A stretch of DNA of 64,000 bases, taken from Ostrea edulis. Taxonomy: Eukaryota. A program made the position numbers and the translations under genes. Positions 1 to 10,615 of this stretch are shown here, piece by piece; position 1 is the first letter of the stretch; each line of letters opens with the position of its first letter. The notes under the pieces are model-generated. The model saw only the letters and a list, made by a program, of their open reading frames with translations. It did not search any database and was not told the origin of the DNA. The stretch lies in contig NC_079167.1 of NCBI RefSeq assembly GCF_947568905.1, positions 58,900,001 to 58,964,000 of the forward strand, given 5' to 3'.

Positions 1-162
1 GGTAAATTTCAGCTCTTCTGGCCCAGTGGTTCTTGAGAAGATTTTTAAATGACCCCACCCTATTTTTGCATTTTTGTGATTATCTCCCCTTTGAAAGGGA
101 CATGGCCCTTCATTAGAACAAACTTGAAAGCCCTTCACCCAAGGATGCTTTTGGCCAAGTTA

Positions 163-196
<34 letters not shown>

Positions 197-302
197 TCGA
201 AAATGTGAAAAGTTTACAGACAGACGGACAGACAGACAGACGGACGCTGGACAAAATGTGATCAGAATAGCTCACTTGAACCTTCGGTTCAGGTGAGCTA
301 AA
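1..302. mobile_element. Terminal part of a HINE-like non-autonomous Helentron element
   Basis: (GACA)n microsatellite and terminal hairpin AGCTCACTTGAACCTTCGGTTCAGGTGAGCT followed by AAAAA. Same family as 3300-3925, 41296-42505 and 60224-60812. Confidence 0.7.
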
Positions 303-371
303 AATCAGTGTGAAGTTAAGTGTTTAGTAAACTGATAAATGAAAATTACACAAATGGGAAAAGTGATGTGT

Positions 372-1080
372 AAGCTAGATGTGTCAGTGACCTGAATGCC
401 CCCGCCCAAGGGATATATCACCTTCCAAAAGTTATGTGACCGGACCCATAGAAGTACTTTACCATCATATTCTCATGATATGTTTACATCCCAAATTTCA
501 ATTCAAAATGTCTATGAATGAGTATGACCGATGATGAGCAGAAACAGTTTTTGTTTTAATTCCAAGCGGCATAACTCTGCCAAAATATGTCTAATAAGAA
601 ACTGAGAGTAAGACAACCTTTGCATTCTAATGATTTATCTAAATCTTAATGTCCATGTATGATAAGGAGTTGACACTGAGAATTATATAAAATTTTCTAA
701 GTTTATGGGGCATAACTCTGTCATAAAAATTTTGACCAGTAACCTCAAACTTCACTTGTGCATTCTCAAGTGGTACCTTTATCCTGAATTTCAGTTCAAA
801 CTGTTCAAGCATGACTGGCATAATTAGCAGAAAATGTAAATTGCTTGAAATTTTCTGAGTCCAAGGAGCAAAACTTATTCAACCATGACCTAAATGATAT
901 TGACCTGAATATTCTCATGATGTGTCTATATACTAAATTTCAACTGAATCTGTGCATCTATTGAGATAATGAATGTAAACTGAATTACTGGTATGACAGA
1001 ATGATGAAAGGAAGACAGGATGGGAAAAGATAACTACAATATATGTCCCTCCCCCTCCATTTCATCACAAGGGCATAAAA
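372..1080. mobile_element. HINE-like element, second family
   Basis: Starts (A)AGCTAGATGTGTC..GAATGCCCCCGCC and ends with a GGGCATAAAA hairpin end. An inverted relative lies at 25009-25575. Confidence 0.5.
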
Positions 1081-2162
1081 AAATCAACAAACTGTATCAA
1101 ATAATTTCCTCACGTTCAAGCTTGAATTTCACCATTACTGGACTAAATCAAATTATCTATCTAGTACATAGACAAAATAAGTAGCATTCAGAATTTTGAA
1201 AAGAAGAACTCCAATCTGTAATACATGTACTTACAGTTCAATGTTTCTTTGATGGACCTAACAATTACATCCCTGTTCTGTTGGAAGATTATGAGATTCA
1301 AAAGAGACTTTGTGAGATCCGTCATTTACTTCCCTCACACACCCATACACACTACATATTTTGTCAGTGTTACAATACTAACTTTGTAATACATGCATCA
1401 AATCTTCATAGCTTGGCCCTTAAGCTCCCAGTTTAAATCGATGTGCTAGAAATGTTAGATTGAAGAATCTAACTATATCGTTAGTACTATATCACAAAAC
1501 AAAGAAATGTTAAATTGTTGCAAAAGTAAAATTTTGTGTGAAATTGTTTAAAGATTTATCTTAAATCTTGTAGACTGTTGTAATTGCTACAAATTGCAGT
1601 GGTTGCCAATTAAAATTTTTGCCAAGATGAACTGTAACTTTTATATCAGCAATGCTGACAATTATTGCCCTTGAGTCTCATGGGATGGAGGTCAGAGTTG
1701 TTGGCCATTGGAAAATTCAGACTTAGCAATGTTCATAATTAATAGATTAATTTAGCAGTGATTGATATCAGAAAACAAAACAAGAAGCCCACAGGTCACA
1801 TCACTCACCTGAGTCACCTTGGCCCATATTTAACGATTTTACCTATATATTCGTATGTAAAACTTTGATCCCCTATTGTGGCCCCAACCTATCCCTGGGG
1901 CGACAATCCTCAGATGATTCCACTATGCTTCAGCTCCACTTCACAAATCTTGGAGGTGATTGGTGTAGGTTTATGCACTGATTTGTTACATTTCTTCTCC
2001 AGAAGTACCCTGTTCACTCTTTTCCCATTCTGCATTTAGTTTATAGATGGCTACAGACAACTTTTCCATTAGGTTGCAGTTTGCAAAGGATTGCCTTGGC
2101 ATCTCTTGGGCAACTTCACAAGTTAAAGGTTAATGATTCGTTACCTCACACCAACGTTAGTG

Positions 2163-2423
2163 TGATTGATTGTATATTGTTTAACGTCCCGCTCGAGAAT
2201 ATTTCACTCATATGGAGATGATGTCACCATTGCCAGTGAAGGGCTGCAAAATTTAGGCCTAATCTTGGCACTTCAGTCTTTGAGCAGGGAGAGATCATTA
2301 TCGTGCCAAACCTGCTGTGACATGGGACCTCGGTTTTTACGGTCTCATCCGAAGGACCGCCATGCCTCTTACGACATTGAGTAAGGGGTACTGAGGACTA
2401 TTCTTACCTGGATCCTCATGGGA
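2163..2423 (-). mobile_element. Bivalve SINE with (CAAT)n tail, 5'-truncated
   Basis: Reverse complement of GGTCCTTCGGATGAGACC...GGTCCCATGTCACAGCAGG...GGGACGTTAAACAATATACAATCAATCA. ACGTTAGTG is duplicated on both sides. A plus-strand partial copy lies at 21545-21705. Confidence 0.75.
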
Positions 2424-2426
2424 CAC

Positions 2427-3169
2427 GTTAGTGCGAGGTAACGAATCAATAACCCTTGACTTGTGAAGATGTTAGCGCGAGGTAACAAATCAATAACCCT
2501 TGACTTGTGAAGATGTTAGCGCGAGGTAACGAATCAATAACCCTTGACTTGTGAAGATGTTAGCGCGAGGTAACAAATCAATAACCCTTGACTTGTGAAG
2601 ATGTTAGTGCAAGGTAACGAATCAATAACCCTTGACTTGTGAAGATGTTAGTGCGAGGTAACGAATCAATAACCCTTGACTTGTGAAGATGTTAGTGCGA
2701 GGTAACGAATCAATAACCCTTGACTTGTGAAGATGTTAGTGCGAGGTAACGAATCAATAACCCTTGACTTGTGAAGATGTTAGTGCGAGGTAACGAATCA
2801 ATAACCCTTGACTTGTGAAGATGTTAGTGCGAGGTAACGAATCAATTACCCTTGACTTGTGAAGATGTTAGCGCGAGGTAACGAATCCTTGACTTGTGAA
2901 GATGTTAGTGCGAGGTAACGAATCCTTGACTTGTGAAGATGTTAGTGCAAGGTAACGAATCAATAACCCTTGACTTGTGAAGATGTTAGTGCGAGGTAAC
3001 GAATCCTTGACTTGTGAAGATGTTAGTGCGAGGTAACGAATCCTTGACTTGTGAAGATGTTAGTGCGAGGTAACGAATCCTTGACTTGTGAAGATGTTTG
3101 TGCGAGGTAACGAATCCTTGACTTGTGAAGATGTTAGTGCGAGGTAACGAATCCTTGACTTGTGAAGAA
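2427..3169. repeat. Minisatellite, 18 units: 11 x 44 bp and 7 x 37 bp (GTTAGTGCGAGGTAACGAAT[CAATAAC]CCTTGACTTGTGAAGAT)
   Basis: Units read directly; no unique spacers. Confidence 0.95.
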
Positions 3170-3299
3170 GACTCTTGGGGAATAACTATCTCCTCATTTG
3201 TTATTTGCAACCTTTAACACTTATTTAATGGTTGCAATAGCAGAACCAGTAAAACAGATGTTTGCAAGAAGACAGTTATTGCCATGCTAATGCAATTTC

Positions 3300-3796
3300 A
3301 CATTTTGTCTCCTATTGTGGCCCCAACCTACTCCCAGGAACAATGATTTTACCAAACTATGTCAGTATAGTTTATCTGCACTATGTCGGGAAGTTGCCAT
3401 GTAAATCTGAACTTGTTGGCTTGTGGTTCTTGAGAAGATTTCTTCCTATCTATCTGTATCTATATCTATATATATAGAGCCAAAATAGAGAATCAAAGTT
3501 TTACATGCGAATATATATATATATATATATATTCGCATGTAAAACTTTGATTCTCTATTCTGGCTCCAACCTACCCCAGGGGCCATGATTTGAACACACT
3601 TGAATTTGCACTATGTCAGGAAGCTTTCAACATGTTCAAGTAAATTTGAACTTTTCCGGCACAGTGTTCTTGAGAAAAAGATTTTTAAATGATCCCACCC
3701 TATATTTGTACTTTCATGATTATCTCCCCTTGGAGAAGAGAATTGCACTTCATTTAAACAAACTTGAATCTCCTTCACTCAAGGATGCTTCTTTCT

Positions 3797-3836
<40 letters not shown>

Positions 3837-3925
3837 TCGAAAAATGTCAAAAGTTTACAGACAAACAGATGGACAGACAACAGGTGATCAGAAAAGCTCA
3901 TGAGCTTCAGCTCAAGTGAGCTAAA
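3300..3925. mobile_element. HINE-like element
   Basis: CCTATTGTGGCCCCAACC core repeats, GACA microsatellite and AGCTCA..TGAGCT terminal hairpin. Confidence 0.65.
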
Positions 3926-4159
3926 TAAGGAATTTTTTCTCATGTGAGGTATATGTTCTGAGCTACCTTTACCTTTCAAAATGACCTTGAGAGACCTAAG
4001 TCCAAAAGATCAATAACTGTTGAAATATTGCTGTTTTGAGATGTGGAATCTTGCATTTATGTCAGTAACTTTCTTACAATCACCTGGAAAATGAATCTCT
4101 GTGCAGCAATAAATGTATGGGCAGCTCTTCCTCTCTATGGTTTCAACATGACTGATAAG

Positions 4160-5750
4160 TAGTGATGGGACATCGGTTCACTTTCATAATCGATCATCGG
4201 TTGGAATCGGTTGCTGCTTCCGATGCGATTTTCCGATAATAATCGGATGTTACATTTTTACTATATAAAGCATAATCTTGCAGGGTTTTTTAAAAAAAAA
4301 TCTTCAATTCTATATCAATTAGCTAATATCAATAACTCAATATGATGTTTTCTATGTTGTCTTGATGCTTTTGCACTTTCTATATAAGCACTTTATAGTT
4401 CATAATCACCTTAGCTTTGTGCTGGTTGGATAGTTGGATATATAACTAGCTCATAATTATGATGGATGCCATTGGAAGGTGAGATGCATATCCGTCAATA
4501 CGGAGATCAGAGACGGAAATTTAACTATATATTATTCAAAATTAAAACATAAAAAAGTACTAGTGCAGATTTGTTTTTTATTCAATACAAAGCATTACAT
4601 TTCTTAAACAAATAGTTAACAGCTCTTTCTAGGAGAGAAATAGCAAGGTAAACTAAACACCAGTATGATGTAAAACTCAGCATTTTAATCTAAATCTCTA
4701 CTGTCTCTGGCTTAAGCATAATACCATTCAATCTCTCACCAAAATTTACTCACGTTTTTGTTCAAGAAAATAAACAAATCTACATTATCTGCACTCAGCC
4801 TACTTCTCTTTTTTGACACCAACCCACCAGCAAGAGAAAATACTCTCTCTGATGGCACACTACTAGCTTGAACACATAAAATCTTTTTTTGCAAGAACTG
4901 CTATTCTGGGGAAAAACATTTCATTTTTCTGCCACCACTCTAGAACTGTGAGCCCTTTGTCATCTTCTTTCAGTGCCATCCCCAGGTAACGTCTGGTCTC
5001 TTCATAGGCCATATCGTCTTGTGAAACTCTGCTTTCTCCTACGCACATTATATCACTAAGCCAGTCTTCTGTATCTGCTGTTTACATGTATGTTCACTAT
5101 CCAGATGTACACGGAAATTTGTAGTATTTCCTGTAAAAGGAACTTATCAATTTACTAAGATAAAGGGATTTATATTAAGAAAAAGATAAAAGATACTAGG
5201 TATTTAATACTAGAATATAGTAAAGTACGTTCAAGAAAATTTAATTTTATATCAAGTTGCATATGATGCGATCGTAAGAAATGATAGTTATGGCACACTG
5301 AATAAATCAGCAAAGTATATGATAGAAAAAATATTATACATTTGAAACAAGAATATCGTGCACATGATTCTGGTGTGTTGCACTAAAAAATGCGCGCCAT
5401 ATGTCAAAGTATGAAAAAATAAACTTACCAGTGTTGGTATATTCCTTGTAGCATATACGGCACACGACTTAGATATTTAGATTTAGGTTCGTTGTACTTG
5501 GATCTACCTTCCGAAATCCGAAATACTTCTGACTTCTTATTCACGCCCGGGTGATCATATAATCCATTGTTTGACGCCATTTTTTTTTCCTGGCACAGGT
5601 AAAACGATAACGGAAACGGTCTAATTCCGGAATGCGCTCTATGAGATGTGTGGATCCGATGATCGATTATGAAAAAAAATAATCGATCATCGGAATCGGT
5701 AGGTTTTTTTCATCGTTAATCGATGTTTTCTGATTATCAGTACAACACTA
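4160..5750 (-). mobile_element. Internally deleted hAT (Ac/ZBED1-like) DNA transposon
   Basis: Exact 8-bp TSD CTGATAAG at 4152-4159 and 5751-5758; TAGTG...CACTA termini. BED finger VCRICYKEYTNTG|NTTNFRVHLDSEH split by an intron (5131-5428), and a dimerization domain LEWWQKNEMFFPRIAVLAKK...VPSERVFSLAGGLVSKKRSRLSADNVDLFIFLNKN. The catalytic core is missing. Confidence 0.88.
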
Positions 5751-6961
5751 CTGATAAGTATCTGAATGTCTTGTTTTCCAGTTTACATGAATTACGAACA
5801 TAGAGTTTTTTCGTTGTGGTATCAGTAAGAAACGTTGCTGAAATCCACTCTTGTTAGTAATATGACCTGTTTCAATGATTTTTTACTTCTTTGATGATAG
5901 CTTTCTGAAAATTTTGAAGCACAATATTGTCACCATCATATTCAAGTACACTGGGCTTTTTTTCCTAATTTCAGCTGGCAGCTAAATGTTCATTATGACT
6001 GAAATAAGCAAAGCTCCATACATCTCTTGTGTTTGACCTACACACGCCAAACTTCTGACACGAGATTCCAAGAAGTCCCCATTACTTCTCAAACTAATAG
6101 GATCATTTTTTAATAGAGGAAGCTCCATGAGTGCAGTCAAGTGCGATCGTACGCATTAATTTTCTGGGGCTCATCAATAGATTCTTTGAGCAAATCTATG
6201 TCTGTTTCGCAGTTTGCATTCATAAGCATAAACCCTGCTATGGTTTGTGCTGCTGTGTCACGCAGTTGAAGCTTTGAGATAACTAAACTTTTAGATTGGT
6301 GTAAAAGTATGGTTGTAATGAACATTCTTATCACAAATTTCTGTAATACATGTAAAACACTCAGCATTGGCATTTAAAGTAGATTGTATCTGTACCTTTC
6401 ATTGCTTCCATAAATTTTTAAGTCCACCTTTTTTACAGTCTAATTCAAACATGTACTCATCTGTCTCCTGAATGTGTTCAGTCAATTCTTGTAGGGTCTG
6501 CTCTTTCAGCAAAAGCGATTTTCTAAAAACGCCATTTCTTCAGTAGCTAAATTTTCTTTTAGATCCACAAATCTTCCAAATAACGTTGTCTCTGCTGTTC
6601 TTTTGCCGACACATATAGCTTTGAGTATTCCTTCCATTGTGTATAGAATTCCGTCGGTGACTGCACCAAATGTTGCGAAGTGGTTAATACCATTGAAGGA
6701 AAACACGTCTGATCGTTATAGTGGTTTATTTGAACTCATCAATATAACCTACTATTAGCAATGTTATACAAAGTTTTATGACGTCACAATAGCGTTAACA
6801 TAATAGAAGTGTGCAGCTATTAGACCATGACAAGTGAAGAATCTGGAAAAGATTCACAATAACGATTGTAATGTCAGAACGAGGCTTACCAAAATTCTGG
6901 TATTGAACCTGACTGTAAGAACACACCTCCAACAGTGACTGAAAAATTTAATCCACCTTTT

Positions 6962-7295
6962 ACGGTAGCTCACTACACTAAAGTTTATACTCTTTATGAC
7001 ACGTCACAAGATGGCGATTTAAATGTTTTGTGAAATTATTTGTATTGATCAATTTGTTTGTCTGTAGCTCAGTGGTTAAAGCATTGGATTGGTGAACCGC
7101 AGATCTCGTGTTCAAATCCGCCAGTCTTTTGTTCATGTCTGTTGAAATAATTTTTTTTGAAAATCATGGTCTTATCCAAATTTGCACATTTTCTGCATTT
7201 TTGGCATATATACTTATTATATATCATCATCTCTTTTATGATTAAATCAATTCATACTGATTTGAGAAACTAGTTCAGGTTGTAGTGAGCCACCT
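6962..7295. mobile_element. Kolobok-like MITE with an internal tRNA-derived cassette
   Basis: TIRs GGTAGCTCACTAC / GTAGTGAGCCACC followed by TTAA. A-box TAGCTCAGTGG and B-box GTTCAAATCC at 7063-7121. Confidence 0.55.
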
Positions 7296-7510
7296 TAAAC
7301 TCAAGAAAATTGCTGGATAAATGTCTGACAAATTTAGTTGACAGGAAATATGTCTTGTGGTGCTGCCAACAGGATATGGAAAGCTTGTCCTGTACAGCAT
7401 TTTTCCAAAAAAAATTATGACACCATTTTTTTGCAGTAGGCTACAGAATTGATCATGATTCCTCAGTTATCATTACATTACCTTATCAAGGAAGGTGTCA
7501 TCACATAAAT

Positions 7511-8087
7511 AAAACAAGAGGTACTGTGAGCAATGCTCACTAAGAATATCCCCCGCTTACCCCAATCTCACAAAGGGTGTTGTTAATAGGTATAAATTAC
7601 CTCTTTCCTGAGTGTAAAAATATGGTATGCCTTTGTAGAAAAAAATGTAAGATATAGTCCGAACACAAATCCATGGCATAAACCTACAATTTTGACCTTG
7701 AGATCAAAGGTCAAGGTCATAAAGAGGTCATAAATGTACATGACACATAGTTTCATGGTGATACACCCATGTCTTATGGTATGACTATGTCAAAACCCTA
7801 TAATCAATTTTGACCTTGAGGTCAAAGTTGAAGGTCATATAGAGGTCATGAAGGTACCTGACACATCGTCTCATGGTGAAACACTCATGTGTCAAATATG
7901 GTATGCCTATGTCAAAGAACAAAGAAGTCATGGCCCTGACATGAATCCATTGTAAAAACCTTTAATTTTGACCTTGAGGTCAAGGTCATATGGAGGTCAT
8001 GAAGGTACATGACACATCCTCTCATGGTGATCCACCTGTGTGCCAAATATGGTATGCCTAAGTCAAAGAACAAAGAAGTAATATGGC

Positions 8088-8118
<31 letters not shown>

Positions 8119-8170
8119 AACAGAGTGATTCCTATATATCTCCCTGAACTTTGTTCGGGGGGTATAATAA
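7511..8170. mobile_element. HINE-like element with internal tandem units
   Basis: Starts AACAAGAGGTACTGTGAGC, carries repeated TTTTGACCTTGAGGTCAAGGTCAT units and GACA repeats, and ends CCCCTGAAC..GTTCGGGGGGTATAAT. Confidence 0.65.
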
Positions 8171-8752
8171 TCCCAAACTATGAGCTTTAATGGTCACAAC
8201 TGTTTATATCATGAACATTTACCACTCTTGCTCATTGTAGATTACTGAAACATACAAGCATCTGGTTGAATGAGACTATTTGGGCTAATGCTTTTGGTGT
8301 TTACTGAAGCAACAACTTTTTTCAGCAAAAACTTTGCTAAATCACTTTATGTCTCAAAAATTGAAACCATTTTTGTTTCAAGTGCTGCAACTTGCACATT
8401 CAGTATTAGCCTATTAAGTGTTAATTGAATAAAATAGACAACTCACCATGCTCACTGAAATATTTCCAATTTCCGCCATTCTGTTCCACAGCCTCAGATC
8501 TATCACTTTCCAAAACCTTGACAGTGGGAAAAAGTACAAGAACAGTAAAATATTTCAATGTTTTTCATGCAAAAGGAAAATTATTTTCGAAATATTTGTT
8601 TGAAGCCAATTTTTATTAAATCTTTATGAAATACATAATCATAAAACCGTTTTCAGTTTCTAAACATAATTTTGAAATAATCCTTTACTTTAGGTCTATT
8701 AAACAGTTGTTTGAAGCCAAATTTGATCAAAATTTTTATGAAATACATAATC

Positions 8753-9640
8753 ATACAAGAGGCCCACAGGCCTTATCAAGTCATCTGAGTATTAGTTAAA
8801 AGTATCACTAGTGCAATGGGCTATGAAATCTAGAAAAAAAATCCTTGTTCTGCATATCTAAGCTAAATTCTAATACTCAGCACACAGTATAAAACAAGAT
8901 GTGTTAAATTCAGAATTAAAGTGACAACACTGATGAAAGACTTTACATAATATACATAACATTAATGGACCTGTCCAAGAGTCAAAACCATAATTATGGT
9001 TGCAAAATTTACAATTTTGGTATATCCTTTCCTGCTTTTCTTATATATGCACTTAATAGTTTTTATACCATATCAGCAAACATAAAGAAGTCTTTCAAAT
9101 GACAAAGACAATAATCACTATAAATTTGGCCCCACCCCGAAACAGAACTGTAATATCCTGGGATCATGAAATTTACAAATTTTGATAAAGGACGTCTTAA
9201 TCCTTCTAAATATCTATTTTAGTTTCAATTTAGTATCAATAGCATTTAAGAAGATAATACTTAAACGTTTTACACCTAAACACTTTGGCCCCTCCCTGGA
9301 GCCAGTACCTTTACCCCCAGGGATCATGAAATTTACAATTTTGGTAGAGGCCTTCATGCTCTACATCACTATATATTTAGTTGTCTCTTTTTTCCCTACA
9401 TGTGTAATTGTAGAGAAGATTTTTGAAAACTGGTAAATTTTGGCATTTTTCATCCAGCCCCCAAAGCCCCAGGGGTGCAGGAGTCCTGAAATTTACAATT
9501 TATGTCTTCCTTGTCCCAAAGATGCTTCATACCAAATTTGAAAAGAATTGGAATGGTATATATCAAGAAGTTATAAGTGTTCAATTGTTAAGGCATGACA
9601 GACGACAACTAATTGCAATAGGTCACCCGAGTTTACTCAT
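8753..9640. mobile_element. HINE-like element whose terminal hairpin is cut by the RTE fragment
   Basis: Starts ACAAGAGGCCCACAGGCC. The end AATAGGTCACCCGAGT lacks the second half of its hairpin. Confidence 0.6.
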
Positions 9641-9644
9641 AAAC

Positions 9645-10615
9645 ATAGGGTTGCAGCAACTCTCCTCCAACACACGTGGTTCTAGCTTGTCCTCTTCAGC
9701 TCCGCCCAAGTTATTCCGGTGGCCTTCACCTCAGTGTCGACACTTCTGCACCATGTCTGTCTTAGTCGACCCACTTTCCGTTTTCCTAGTTTCTAATCCA
9801 GAGCCTGCCTGCATGGTGATGTTTGATGTAGGTTTTCATAGTGTGGCCAATCCATCCCCATTTCCGATTCTTGATCTCAGTTTCAATTGGGATTTATTTC
9901 ATCCTGTCCCACAGTTGTTCATTTGTAATGACTTCCGGCCACCTGATGTATGAGGATATTTCTGAAACTTCTGTTCACAAATGTCTGTAGTCTGTTGATC
10001 TTTGTAACTTGCCAAGTTCCTGAACCAAACAGTAGGACAGACTTCACATTGGTGTTGAATATCTGGATCTTGTGGAGTGAGAGAGCGGTTGATTTCCAGA
10101 TTTGTCTCAAGGTGTTGAAAGCATGTCTTGTCTTTGTTGATGAGGCATTTGACGTCTTTATCCATATCCCCATCTTTACTGACCAAACTGCCCAGGTAGA
10201 CGAACTTGTCAACTTCCTTTATGACTTCTTGGTGGAGTCGCACTGGAGCCTGCTGTTTGTTGTTCACTCTAATGACCTGTCTTCCTGATGTTGACTTGGA
10301 GCCCAATCTTTCCTGCTTCTTCTGTAACACGACAGTTTCTCTTGTGCATCTTGCTGTTTGTGGGAGAGAAGTCTGACGTAGTTTGCGAAGTCCAGGTCCT
10401 TCAGCTGCTTTGAGAAGGTCCACTGGATACCTGTCCTACCTGCTGTACCCTGTCTCATTTTAACCCAGTCAATCACCAAGAGGAAGATTGTTGGTGAGGG
10501 CAGACAACCCTGGCGACCGCCAGTCTGAGTGTACAGTGAAGGGTTCTGTCAGCTTCCCCTCATGGATGACTTGGTATCTTCATACAGTTGTTGGATTATG
10601 ATGGAAATGTTTATA
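9645..10615 (-). mobile_element. RTE-clade LINE, 5'-truncated and frameshifted RT fragment
   Basis: Fragments TEPFTV, VIDWV, LKDLDFANYVRLLSH (FADD motif degenerated), EVDKFVYLGS, AFNTLRQIWKS and FNTNVKSVLLFGSGTW. Confidence 0.85.

Larger units (their letters stand above)
2111..3170. mobile_element. Palindromic MITE (MULE-like 9-bp TSD) with a central SINE insertion and an amplified right arm
   Basis: Termini CAACTTCACAAG...CTTGTGAAGAAG. Flanks TCTCTTGGG and ACTCTTGGG. An unexpanded copy lies at 55943-56016. Confidence 0.7.

Noticed and set aside
2427-3169. CRISPR-like array (also 17085-17420 and 33969-34660)
   Set aside because: Units are contiguous with no unique spacers, no cas genes are present and the context is eukaryotic.
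2986-3210. 74-aa repetitive ORF
   Set aside because: It is a translation of the 37-bp minisatellite.
7063-7121. tRNA genes here, at 21780-21850 and at 63940-64000
   Set aside because: The stems are degenerate and the sequences are embedded in repeats; treated as tRNA-derived cassettes.
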